Positions 22,697-35,569 of a stretch of 64,000 nucleotides of DNA are shown piece after piece. The notes under the pieces are model-generated. The model made no database searches and was not told the origin of the DNA. It worked only from the letters and a program-made list of their open reading frames with translations. The stretch comes from Takakia lepidozioides. Its lineage: Eukaryota; Plantae; Bryophyta. How positions within the stretch are numbered: position 1 is the stretch's first letter; every line of letters starts with the position of its first letter. The position numbers and the translations under genes are program-made. The DNA is taken from positions 3,658,001 to 3,722,000 of the forward strand of contig CM060733.1 in assembly GCA_030704615.1 (NCBI GenBank), read 5' to 3'.

Positions 22697-23959
22697 TCTC
22701 CTGTGACAGGACTTTTGGTTAATATCTGTATGTCCATGGTGTTTAGTACATGCTGGGCCTACATGCTACAAACCAAACCTCAGTTGTATGTAGTATGTCC
22801 AAGCCAGTCTATTATGAAACTAGCTAGCAACTATAAGAGGTTAGGAGGTGAACCAGGAAGATGCAGTTTTCTCTTTTCTTTTTGGGAAAGGAGAGTAAGC
22901 CCCTTGATCCTACAAATGGTGACTGACAATCATTCTTTGTACCATATCCTTCCTTTCCAAGCACTTGTCTACTTCTGATACGAGCCGAAAACGTTGTTCA
23001 CTCTTGTGCGAGTATAGATGCTTCATCATGTTCTGTTACTGTGCTGCATTTGAATGCTTGAGCTGCGTTGGGTGTCTACGTGCAAGTACTATGTATCGCC
23101 AGCTCAAAGTGTATTGTCATAACTCTTTTGCAGTTGCTCAGTAGAAAACGAAATAATCGGGTTTGTATAATCTACATGTATAGCACTATCACCTAATCAG
23201 TGTGGTTTGTAAAACATGCCAAAGCAAGCTGCGTAACTTATGTGAGAGACTTCCAAGTTTGGGAAGCTGGTTCAAGAATCTTATGAGCACGTCACATACA
23301 TATCAAACAATCACTGTTTGCATGAGAGATTGCATGCCTCACTCACCCTCATTCCAACGAAATTTCATGGTGAGACTACCAAGTTCAACCAACTCCAGTT
23401 GTTGGGTGCAAGCATGTCATGACAGGCATGCAATGTTCGATACCTGCCTTTCTGAAATGTTGTTGATTTCCAAGTTTACTGAGCAATGGTTGGCATGATC
23501 AGTGATGCTGCCATAGGGGTGGTTGGACGATGATGCTACAGGATTTCGATTTTAAAATTGTTCAGGAAGCAAACACTCTCTCCCTCTAATGTTGAATAGG
23601 TCATACTAGATACACTGTGGGAAAGGCAGAACTCTAGGAGAACTGCAGTGCTCCCTGGGTTGGTTTTGGCTCATGTCATTGGCCCTTAAGTAATCTTCTT
23701 CTTTCTTTGACAATCCCTGGAGCAGCAAGGTGAATATCTGTACTCTTGCAGAAGAAGCAGACGAAAAAATAGTATGAAGTAGTTCTCCTGCTTACAAATT
23801 GTCACCCTCCCTCTCCCCCCAACATTTTGAAAGGCTTAGTGTAGTAGGTAGGTTTGGGGTAAGTTGCTAGCAGCATGGGAAAGGATCTACGCATTATTTG
23901 CCGAGGTAGGGATAGCTGAAGGATGCAGGGAGGGATTGTCAGTTCAGATTCAGGGCCTA

Positions 23960-24610
23960 CGACCAAATGATGTGGGAAGAGGCGAAGCCAGACCAGGTCA
24001 CGTTGGTTCGCCTTTACAAAAACAAATGAGTGTGCAGGCCTGGCAGCCCTGGAAAGGGGCAAGGAGGTCCATAGTCCATACTGACATCATGAAAACTGGA
24101 ACTGTACCAAGTGCCATTCTAAGGAGATTCTAAGCACTGCCCTTGCAAACATGTAAGCTAAGTGCAGGAGCATCAGCAAAGCGAGTGTTTAACAATATGG
24201 CTGAACGAAATGTGGTGAGCTGGAGTGCGATGATCGCAGAACATGCCCAGCGTCTGATCAGAACAATAAAAAAATTGTGCACTACCGGAGCTTTCATTCA
24301 GTTCCAGATATTTAAGTTTGCGTACGTTGATCTAGAGGGCCATCCTCTAAAGGGGGCAGTAGCTGTTCGGCGAAGTCAGTCTGAGTTACGCAGGCTACAG
24401 CCGGAGTCACTCTCTGTCTCCCTTTCTATAGATCTCTTTGATCTCTTGAAACTCATCTCCTTAGGAAAGTTTTATAAGAACGAGATCGGGCACAATGCCA
24501 GCTTTCTGCATGATGTCATGATGGGTCACCTGTTTTCCCTTTAAAAGCTGGCACATGCATTGCGAATACAAACAAAGGTGACCTGGTCAGGCTTAACCCC
24601 TTCCCAACAT
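23960..24610. pseudogene. Degenerate PPR fragments, including an inverted one at about 24545-24610
   Basis: Plus strand AKRVFNNMAERNVVSWSAMIA. Minus strand KPDQVTFVCIRNACAS. Confidence 0.7.
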
Positions 24611-25554
24611 TCTTCCCATCTCACATTACCTCTGCATCTCTTGGAGCTCGCAGGGCGGAATCCAAAACTGCCTGATCTTCTGCCACCAGCACTGCTCTGT
24701 AAGCACGCAATTTATGTCAAAGAGGAAGGAAAGACTATACGTGTTGAGATAATAAAAAATAGTGGAAACTTACATGTTCTCCCTCGAACATCTAGTCAAT
24801 TTTCTCTTCACCTCACTGCTTCCTGTGTTCCACGCGCAGAATGTGGCTAGAAAACTCTCGGCCATCACTAGACAACAGCCCATTGTAGCTTGGAAAGTAT
24901 TAGAGCTATCAGGTTCTTTTAATCTACAATATATCACACTGTCGTAACTCGTTAACCTTGCTTTGATTCCAATTCAAAGATGGTCATATTACTTGCTGTC
25001 AGCCTTCACTAGGATGAGCTAATGTCAGAGTGTTGCTTCACACTGGCAGAAGACAGTAGAAACACTTACGTTGACAGGCCTTCGAATGGCCAAAACCCAT
25101 GTGGGAATTGAACCCACTGGCGTGCCCAGCCAGAAGTGGGCTTGCATGTGGGCCAAAGTTGGGCAAAGTGCAAGTGCTTAGCTGGGCCAAACACCTGCCA
25201 CCAACTGCTCCCTGATGAACAAAATACTTAATGCTTCTGCAGGAAGGGAGATTGGGGAAACTCTAGCAAGTGATCTCGAATGCAATGCCATTCTATGATC
25301 TACTTTGGCTGCTCTTAAACTCCACCTTCAGCGCTTGGCCAGTTCCCAAGCCAGACAACCTGCACGCAAGAGACCAACCACGTCTCATCAATAGTTGGGC
25401 AAAGTATGATCGCAATGACACTACTTGAAATGGTCCATACTTGATCAATTTATTGAACTTGATATATATATATATGATGATCCATACTTGATGTGCACGC
25501 AGCAAAAGAGAGCAAAAGTTCAAGGCATCACACTCTCTAATCAACACAAACACT

Positions 25555-25655
25555 GCCCTCTCATCAGACTCGGCCCTGAATTTGCAGCACGGAACAGAGC
25601 TGGCATGAGTTTTTTAAAGATCCTTCACGATGGTGGGACAACCGCAAAAATCTTT
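25555..25655 (+). pseudogene. Isolated type A PDF 5' exon relic
   Basis: TEQSWHEFFKDPSRWWDNRK, homologous to 14472-14537. Confidence 0.75.
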
Positions 25656-25910
25656 ACTTCGAATCTTTAAAGATCAACCCAAAAGCAGGTGTTGCATTCC
25701 TTTGACCTGGCTAAATCCTGCTGCAGGTTTAGCCAGGGCGGCTGGGCATGGCAAGAACACATGTATGCAACTACAGAAAGAAACGAGCAAGAAATATGAT
25801 TCTCAGTCCACGCATCTGCACAGAGCTCCTCAGATCTACCCAGACCCGGATAGGAGACGATGTCTGTGAAAGGCAAGCAATTTCAAGAATTTTGATCAGA
25901 GACAACAGGA

Positions 25911-28900
25911 ATGCCGCGCGAGATAATCACACTGCAATGTGGTCAGTGCGGGAACCAGGCACGTCCCTCCTTCCGGCCTCCTTCGCATACCCAACTTCTC
26001 TGTTTTTTCATCTTCTTGTCCACAGGCTTTTCAACAATGTGAATACTGTAGAGTAGAATGGGTTGACAAGGACATAGTGGCCTCGTATCATGTCCAGGAG
26101 GACTGACAGTGTTGCTGTCGGTAGAAAGGTTCAAAATCTCTCATTAAAAAGTAATCGAGAGATGAGTTATTATACCTGTGCGTAAACAACAACTCGAGGG
26201 TCTTATCAAGAGGGTGAGTCTTGCGCGTGGTGGGCAGATAGGGTGGCGATTTTGGGACATGGCTCTCAGAGAACATGCAGCTTGCAACCCTTACGCCACT
26301 TACGATCATGCCCTCAGCAGGTCAGCAGTGTCTTACAAGCAGACCTGTGGTTCGCACTTCTACTTGTTCAGATTGAACCCCCAGCCACAAAATTCTCAGT
26401 ACGCGGGAATCCAATTGGTCGCCTATTTCTGTTCTACAAGTTTAAGTAGACAGTAGAGTGATTGCAGGTACAGTTCACGCTTCATAAATGTCCAGAGGAA
26501 CAGATGGTCTCAACTCAGAAATTGCATTTGATTATTCTCTTTCAATCATGCTGTTGCTATTGCCTCACACGGGTGCAGCCACGATTCCAGCTCTCACCAC
26601 ACATTATAGAGCACATAGACATGCTACTAATTGAACTCATGTGTACATATTACAGCTTCTTCCACAATGTGGACACACGCTACAGCCCACCAATGGAGCT
26701 TTCTGTGGGCACCGGCAGGTCCCCTATCCGTTGCTTAAAGGTTTGGGCTTGCACATGATCTGGTGTCTGCTATGTTTGTGGCGGGGAAGTCTCTCTCTAT
26801 GGCTTGGCGGTCTCTGTCACGTTCTTTCTTTGTTTCTCTCAATTCATTTCATTTGTTTCTCTCAGAATTTGGAGCCATTACAGTCATCTTTTCTCCAAGC
26901 AATGCTTGGCGCCAGGAGCACAACTCCATCTCAGATCCTAGGGGCAGAGTTCGCATGTGTACCATTGCAATCCGAGGCCCTCTTCCGGCTTACAATCTTT
27001 CTCCATAGATTACAGGCCCTTCCACCCAAGGGGCTCGTGGCAAGGGCCCTCTGGCAAGGGCCCTCACAACATCTATGAGGCTCAAAGCTGCAGGTTTCAG
27101 GAACTCCTGGTATGCTCGAGTGGACAGTTTATTTCAACGTAATGGACTTTCTACTGCTTTACAATTACCAATGAATCCAGATGAGGTGGACATCACGTCC
27201 AGACATGACCGCAACAGACTCATTAGGAGAGAGCTTATGGAATTACATGTCCAGAGAACTTGGACGCTACCCAATCTCACAACAAAGCTCCACTTCTATC
27301 GAGAGACATTCTTGGTGCTCCGCGACAATAGAATCTTGAGACCAAATTACCTTTCAGCATCCTTATCTCCTTCCCTCCTGAGGGCATTGGGGCGGTTCAG
27401 GGTGGGTTCCCACAACCTACGGATAGAGACTGGCAGATGGGAAAACCTGCAACGGGAGGACCGCCTATGTCCAGCTTGCATAGGGCGCAGCCAGGAAATC
27501 GAAACTGAAGAACACTTCTTCTTCTACTGCCCTCTATACTACGAGATCGTGGGAGATTTCACTGTTTATTCAGTGGAACCCAAACTCTCACTGATGTCTT
27601 CCACTATGAGGATAAAAAATGCTTGGCAGCCTACCTGCACGAGGCCTTCACCCGTCGACATTCGCTAGAACATTAATTGTGGTTTCTGGACTTGTTCCTC
27701 TCTCATGTTTCCATTTTGTCCCATAAGCTCTATGAGCTTTCCGCGGACGTTATAAAGTACCATTTCATTTCATTTCATTTCATTTCTCAGAATGTCTGCT
27801 ATGGCGGACTGTCTGTGCCACTCCCTAGGTAAGTACAGTAAGTTATAACTGCTTCAGACTCTTGCGGGTGGCAGGCAAGGGCGGTGCTGATAGACATGGA
27901 AGAGGGCGCTGTCAACCAGCTTCGCAAAGTACGACCTTCTCGTGATTTCGATACAGTATTTTCACAGTCATAATACCGGAAGAGGGCTTAGTAACTTGAT
28001 CCGTGTCATGTTTGACGTCTTGTAACGTGGTCTCTGATGGACCATCAAGTTCAGCAATCGATCATCCTCAAGCAATATAGGCGAGAGTGAGGAAAGGGAA
28101 TGTAACGCAAGACATCGACCAAAGTTTTCTTGTCATTTTCCAGGGATCTCTTTCAGATCTGTTTGACACAAAGCAATACATCACCGGAAGTTCGGGTTCT
28201 GGTAACAATTGGTACTGACCCCCATTCAGACAAGAACTTAGTGAGCCACAGTCCTTTTGTTTTCACCTTGATTGTTTGGTAATCTCCTCATCCTAAAATG
28301 TCAGACTAGAATTGAGTGCCATGGTCTTATGGGAAATAAATGCTGCTTACAACCGCCCTGTATCAGTAAATTTTCTGTGACACAAGTTGTGGGGGGTGGG
28401 TTTGGTCAGGGCACATGGTCATGAGTTGTATGGACCACAATATGCTGACACCATTCTTGAGAAGATTCAGCGGGAGGTATATTGACTTTGACACAATCAG
28501 GTTCTTATAGTTTGAGTGAAAGTTGCCAACTTCTAGCCCCAAGGGAAAAGAAGGTTCTTCATTCTCCTGAACACATCCCTGTCCAGTGGATTGTGTTCAG
28601 TGAATTCAGTTCCACTTCTCTTCTCTTCTCCCAAAGTTTGACATCAGGATGCTGCTGTTATTCAAACACTTCCACTAGCCTCTCCATGCCACATTAAAGT
28701 TTGGTTCAGCTTGTGTAAAAGCGATCATGATTTTGGCTGTGAGAACTCTTGACATTCTGAGATTGTCTACCTGGAGGTGTATTCTGAAGGTCCCTGGGAA
28801 AAGAGGTAGACTGTCAATTTGTTCATTCCTTCCACTTCCTTCCTTGTTGGTCCTCCCTTCATGTTGAGTAGGCCAATTGCAGGCCATTGCGGAATAGTGT

Positions 28901-31900
28901 GGCCTGGGAGAAATTAAGCATTTGTGCTGGAGAAATATGGCAGGTGGAGTTATGTGATTCGCTGCAGAGTTTTGTTATGCTGCATTCACTGGGGGGTGGC
29001 ACAGGCTCTGGTGTGGGCAGCTACATTCTGGAGCTACTCCATGTAAGTTAAGCTGAAAGGGTAAGGAGCTCCACAATTACAAGGGGTGCAGTAAACAGCT
29101 ACCTGCAGGGTCACTCTTCTTATTCTTGCAGCTACAATTCCAGTGACTCATTTTTATCACTGCATCCCAAACTGCAGCATGTTCAAAGGTGTATGGTAAA
29201 AATAGCTCAGCAACTTCCTCCTGCTAGCATTCTATTGGCAGGATAATGAGTTTCCAGTTTTCAGTAGGATAGACTTGCAGAAGTCCTGAAACAAGTTGCA
29301 GATGGATTCAAGAAAAGTAGAGCTGAGGAGTATATGCTATCACAGGGGTTCAACTTCGACAGGAAATCCTAGTTACTTTGGCAATAGACACCCCTCTAGA
29401 GATATTGTTATTTAACGTGGAGGTTTCAAAATCATTTCACTGTGCCAAAATGTCAAAGCATATAGGATTTGAGTTAATGGCCTCAAACCTCAAAGTATGC
29501 TCAAGTTCAAGGACAAACTGGAAAGATATGCAGATAAGTATTGTTGCTGAAGTGCCCTTGCGCAGAGGTTATGGGTTATCACCCAGCTGGGTATATAACT
29601 CAGCTTGCGTATCAGCTATGATGCTCATCTATAGCCAATAAAATCTAGCTCTAGGCTTGATGGAGTATTGGGATAGTAAGGCGTGCATTAATACCTTAGA
29701 AAATTCTGCTCTGCCACATAATGCTGGCACTTGGTTTGGCTGTGATTGCACTGCCAAGCAAACTGTACTGAGAGGAGAGCTGGGACAGAAAGCAAGAAAG
29801 AGAGTATTCCAGGTGAACAGTCTGCTTGACAGATGAATATGCTCCGTGTAGGATACATACCCCGAGGTCTATCGTTTCTCAACAAGCATCTTCCCATCGG
29901 TTGATGATGATGTTGTGACCTCTCCTTACAACAGGTAAGGCAATTTCCATGTGCGATGATGCAGACGATGTAATTCAGGGGATAACAGAGTAATTCAGGG
30001 GATAACAGAGTTGGAATATACGCAGTTTGTTTGTAGATGTGTGAACACATTGGAATACAGTCTTATGGGTACTTGGCATGTTCACGTAGCTCGGACAAAT
30101 TGCATGGTTGTGTGCAGTCTTCTTTCAACAGCCGTGTTGGCAGAGCATGCTGATTGTGTCTTACCCATTGAGAATCAGGCCCTACTTGACATCTTGAGGT
30201 CTCTCTCTCCCTCCCTTTGGTGACAGCAATCTGTGACATGCCACAACTGAATTAACCCAATGACTTAGTCGGCGAAACTGCTTGATTGCACATCTGGTAG
30301 TTTTGTACCCAAACAACTTGTGTAATCTGGGTGTTGGTTACTATTCCCAGCAAGAGAGTGAACTCCAGTTCCCGTGGAGGAGCCAAACAGAGTCCAGCCA
30401 CAGCTGGGACAAGAGGCCACGGGAATGTGACAGAAGGCAAACCCTTTGATGAGATGAATGCAATTGCTGCCAACCTTCTTCTCAATTTGACGAGCTCCAT
30501 GCGCTTTGAGGGGTCTCTCAATGGTACGAATGATAACGGACTTGCACTGTTACCTTGACTTAAAATCCCAAGTTTGGAAGTTGGTCATGCAAGTGCTCTG
30601 TTCTCACTGAGATTAGAAATGATGTCCATCAATCATGTTAAAGGATGGAGAATATTCACCCCATGGCATGATGCGACCAGTAAAGTTTACTGAAGATATT
30701 CCACATTGGATCTGCCACATTGTTGAGTAACTCTCCAGGAAGAAATTGGTACTCAGTTTGTTATATATGTGTTGGGTGATACAAACTGCAGTGGATTTGA
30801 ACGAGATTACAACAAATTTGGTCCCTTTCCCTCGCCTCCACTTTTTGGTGTCAAGCATGGCCCCACATTCAGCCCTCTCTCTTTCTGGTTGGACTTTCTT
30901 TCTTGCTGTATCACTGTTGCTGTAGGGATGTGGAGGAACTTAATATCACTCATAATTGCTAACCAGATTCTATGTTAGTCTGAAACTTCATGGGATCAAA
31001 TCTTCTGATAGGTGCTCTCTAGGTGCTGTCTATAGAGCCTCATTGCAAAAATATTGTTTCATGTTTTCACTCAGTCCAAAGTTGAACTTCGGGATTCCGT
31101 TTATTTAGTCCACAGCTGGGACTGAGCAGTAGCAGGGTCAAGTAACAAATTGACCTTCTTTGGGGTGTTCAGATACATCAGCCCAGCAGCACCGTGCAAT
31201 CAATCAGGTGCCTTTAAAAGCGTTCTGAAGGACACAGACACATACTATGTCAAGTATAATACTAGGTGTCTTTTAGATCAACGAACCAGCCAAAAGAGAG
31301 ACATTCGGGGGAGAGGAAGGAAGGGTTAGAGAGGGGAGTTGGGGCTTGTTTGACAGCGAATAATGGAGTGTGTTTGCCACAGCCTTGTGGCCATCCATCA
31401 GTTGCCTTTGTCTGATCTTTCTCTACGGCTTTCCAGCTTTCTGTTTGTGGGTGGTTGGTTCTTGAGGAACTTGGTTTGATGCTCTCAGAGCGTTTTTAGG
31501 TGGTCATGCAGGTAGGCATTGGCACACATATGCTGGAATCTTCAATATCATTAGAGATAACGGAAAAGAAAGAAACTTCATGATGCCCTGGCCAGAAAGC
31601 CAGATCATGTCTTGGTCAGCATTTCTTGGCTCGTGGAATTTTTACTCTTTGCGTAAGAAAAAAAAGAATTAGATAGAATGGATTTTGCCTAGAATCTTTC
31701 GTGATGGCTCATATTGCCTGATGCAGCTATTTACGGAGGTTTTCTTGAGGGATAATCAGCTCATCAAAGTGAATCCCACTGGCTCCACGTACTTGGCTTG
31801 TGCTCTCCTGATGAGGGGCAATGCCTGTACAATCTCTGACCTTCATCAAAATGTGGCACGCATCAAACACCGCCTCACCATGGTTTGTTATCCATATTCC

Positions 31901-34824
31901 CATATTTTTGGATATAATTGGCACACCCTCTCTCTCTCTTTTCATACGCTCGCTTCTAACTTGTCTCTTCTTACTTCTCTCTTTCCTTTGTCCCATAAGC
32001 TCTTTGAGCTTCCTGTGGATGTTGGATAGTTCTTTTCTTCCTTTCTTTCTTTGGAACAGTTCTGCAAAGACTATGGGATGCAGGTCAATCTTAGCAAGAC
32101 CAAGATCATGGTCTTCAATGGCCAGGCTGATCGTAGATTCATCTTCAACCAGCAGGAAATTGAGATTGTGAAATCATACCGGTACCTAGGTCTGGTTATC
32201 CACTCCCCCAAGTTTCACTTTGCAGCCACTGCCTTGGACAGGTTGACTAAAGGTAAGGCGGCCTCCGTCCGCCTTCAGGCCAAATGCAAGCAAATACATC
32301 TGCGGCATCCCCCGACCAAAAAGTGGCTGTTTGACACCGTCGTCAGCCCTGCTACCATCTATGGTTGTGAGTTCTGGGCACCTGGTGTCCCTGTCTCCTG
32401 GTGGGAAAAGAATTTGGAACCATTACAGTCATCTTTTCTCCAAGCAATGCTTGGCGCCAGGAGCACAACTCCATCTCAGATCCTAGGTGCAGAGTTCGCA
32501 TGTACCATTGCAATCCGAGGCCCTCTTCAGGCTTACAATCTTTCTCCATAGATTGCAGGCCCTTCCACCCAAAGGGCTAGTGGCAAGGGCCCTCACAACA
32601 TCTATGAGGCTCAAAGCTGCAGGTTTCAGGAACTCCTGGTATGCTCGAGTGGACAGTTTATTTCAACGTAACGGACTTTCTACTGCTTTCCTATTACCAA
32701 TGAACACAGATGAGGTGGACATCACATCCAGACATGACCGCAACAGACTCATTCGGAGAGAGCTTATGGAATTACATGTCAAGAGAACTTGGATGCTACC
32801 CAATCTCACGACAAAGCTCCACTTCTATCGAGAGACATTCTTGGTGCTCCGCGATGATAGAATCTTGAGACCAAATTACCTTTCAGCACCCTTATCTCCT
32901 TCCCTCTTGAGGGCATTGGGGCGGTTCAGGGTGGGTTCCCACAACCTACGGATAGAGACTGGCAGATGGGAAAACCTGCAACGGGAGGACCGCCTATGTC
33001 CAGCTTGCCCCGGGCGCGACCCGGAAAGTGAAACTGAAGAACGCTACTTCTTTTATTGCCCTCTATATTATGAGATCCGTGGGAGATTCCACTGTCTATT
33101 CCGTGGAACTCAATCTCTCACTGAAGTCTACCACTATGAGGGTCAGAAATGCTTGGCAGCTTACCTGCACGAGGCTTTGACCCTTAGACAATCCATTGAG
33201 CAGTAGTTGCTTTTGGGCTGTTTTTTGGCTCCGATTTTGTTTCGTCTCTTATGTTTTTCCCATTTGGTCTCATAAGCTCTTTGTGCTCTCCCCGGACGTT
33301 ATAAAGTACCATTTCATTTCATTTCATATCGTTTCTTTCATTTGTCTTTCCCATAAGCTTGGGCTTTCTGTGGAGAATGTACCAGCTCTTGATCTGCCCT
33401 CAGATGTCATTCTGAAAAATGGGACAGGAACAGACTGACGAGAGGATCTGAGGGAAATGCATGTGCAACAGGACATGGGAACCAGTGAGCCAGCTCAACA
33501 AAATTGGCCACAAAGACACCTCGTAGTCACCAGAGATCACTTCACCATCATACCCTCCTACCTTTGCAGATAAGCAGATGGAATCATAGGCCTCATGAGG
33601 CTAGGTTTGTCTAGTATGTATCCCCCAAGAAGTGTAGACAGAATATCACTGGTTGCTTCCGGTGTTCCAGATACTATGAGATCAGGGGAAAAAAACGATA
33701 GTATTTTGAGAAAGTCCCTGGCAGTGGGGTTCAGGTACAAGGATCAAAGTGACTAGCACTCTACCTGCATGAGGCACTCCATCTCCAAGCAATGTTTGGG
33801 TTTCTGCTCATTGTTCTCTGTTGTCGTGTAGCACTTGTCGCACTCCTGCGGTCGCAATAAACTTCTTCTTTCTCTTTTCTTCTTTCCTCGTCTTGTTGAC
33901 ATTGTAATTCACTTTGTTTCCTGATTATTGCAGGCTCATTGGAATGTAGAAGGGTTCAAAGTCGGGCTTTGCAACCAGCCTGCAGTTAACATGCCTAACT
34001 CCCTCCTCTGCCTTGCCAACAACACCTGCATTGGGTGAGTATGTCCCCACACTTCGGAAGTCAATTTGGGGAAAATGCACCTTTAACATGATGCTTGGCC
34101 GCTACACATGCTATGCCCACATGTCTAACTGCCCTTCAGGACTAGCTTGTCCAAGTTGGTGGAGCTGAAGCCAAATGACCTGACCTTGACAGTCGGAGCA
34201 ACTTTGCTTTCAGGAGCCGATTCATTGGAATGAGGGAGAGCTTCAAACAGCTGTATAAGCGACGCGTGTATGTGCATCACTATGCTGAATATATGGACGT
34301 TTCTATGTTTGACACCTGCTGCAGTAAGCTCCCTCTCCATGCAATTCTTGGGGTTTGAGGTGCTCTTCTGGTTACTTCTTGTTCTCGTATGTTCATAGGC
34401 CCCTCTGGGCTTATTGTGGACTTCAATTTCTGAGAACCTGTACGTCTGCACAATAGAAATTATAATGTTGAGTACACTAATGCACATGGAGTCTGTCTGG
34501 AGTCTCTCTTGTTGTGGGAGATACCCAAGGCAGGAAATGATTGAGTTGAGGGTAGGAGAGAATCACAGGCCAGACACAGGAAAGCTGGAGGCACACAGAT
34601 AACTTGGGATGGAGTATTTTCAATCAGAGCAAAGGTTGGATTCAGGAAGGTGAGAAGTGGGTTTTATCTCATAAGGGGGAGATCTTCATGAGCAGGGCTA
34701 ATACAGGGAAGTGGGTGACATTGCAGACACGCTGGAGGACTTGATTGCAGACTATGAAGCATTGGAGTGTGCAACTCCTCCACAGTACATGGCACGGCTG
34801 CAGCCTGTGGTTCCTTGCCTCTAG
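25911..34824 (+). CDS. TUBE1: Epsilon-tubulin, 16 exons, 478 aa
   Basis: Exons: 25911-25958 (GC donor), 26238-26320, 26656-26740, 27875-27928, 28144-28211, 28410-28476, 28944-29042, 29852-29934, 30118-30198, 30351-30523, 30792-30887, 31173-31207, 31727-31882, 33934-34034, 34214-34323, 34727-34824. They join with compatible phases into 1437 nt. Motifs: [87 protein letters not shown]. Confidence 0.93.
26869..27784 (+). mobile_element. 5'-truncated RTE-like LINE with (CATTT)n tail in tubulin intron 3
   Basis: [16 protein letters not shown]...RLCPAC...[10 protein letters not shown]. The tail is CATTT repeats. Probable TSD TCTCAGAAT at 26860-26868 and 27785-27793. Confidence 0.88.
32051..33327 (+). 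mobile_element. Second, longer copy of the same LINE family in tubulin intron 13
   Basis: RT C-terminal motifs ([23 protein letters not shown]) and the same [11 protein letters not shown] region. Highly similar to 26869-27784 and has the same tail. Confidence 0.88.
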
Positions 34825-35569
34825 CATCTCCTCTGCCTCCTTTTTACTTGGAAGACTATCTATACACATGTATCCACTACATGACTTTCCATGGCTTTGG
34901 CCAAAGCAGCAACTGTATTCCGTATTCGGATCTGTAACATTGATATTGATGTTGCAATTCGTTGGATATTGATGCCCAATGTAGTTTCGAGTGATATTAC
35001 TTAAATGAAGCCAGCTTTGTCGAAATGTGTTCTCCTTCATCTTTTTCAAACCTTCCATAAAAGAGGTCATTTCAGTACTCCTCGTGGTCACTTCCAGGAC
35101 CCACTGAATTTGTATCAGGTAGTAGACACTAAAGACGTTTGGAAGAAACTTGCAGGACCAGCTTTTTGCTAAATTGGCAGCATGATAGCCACCTCCAACA
35201 ATTACACATGTTGTAGGAGATGACAACCAAGTTGTAGCCCAGTGTTTGTGGGTTCAATCCACCTATTGGTGTCACAAAGGTGGTCCACCTTCCAGCCAGA
35301 AGCAGGAGTCCTTCAAGATCAAGAGACACCATAATTTACGCTTCCTTCATGAGGCATCGAACTATTTTTTTTTGGTAGTAGGAGATAGGCCTAGTCCGCA
35401 AGTTGCGACTTTTGCGTACCTCCTCTTGTATTGCTACATTATTTTCATCATCCATCAATGGCACCTTATTTGGTGGTCCTCTACGACCATTTTGGATGTA
35501 CCCGATCCCACTTGATGCTTCCAACGTCTTGTAGTAAGCTTCATCTTCTACTACCATTGTAGCCTATAT

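Noticed and set aside
25090-25125. Minus-strand B-box (GGTTCAATTCCC) as a tRNA gene
   Set aside because: No cloverleaf or convincing A-box.
29970-30010. 20-bp tandem duplication resembling an I-SceI site (GGGATAACAGAGTAAT)
   Set aside because: The match is imperfect and produced by a local intronic duplication, with no rRNA or homing endonuclease context.
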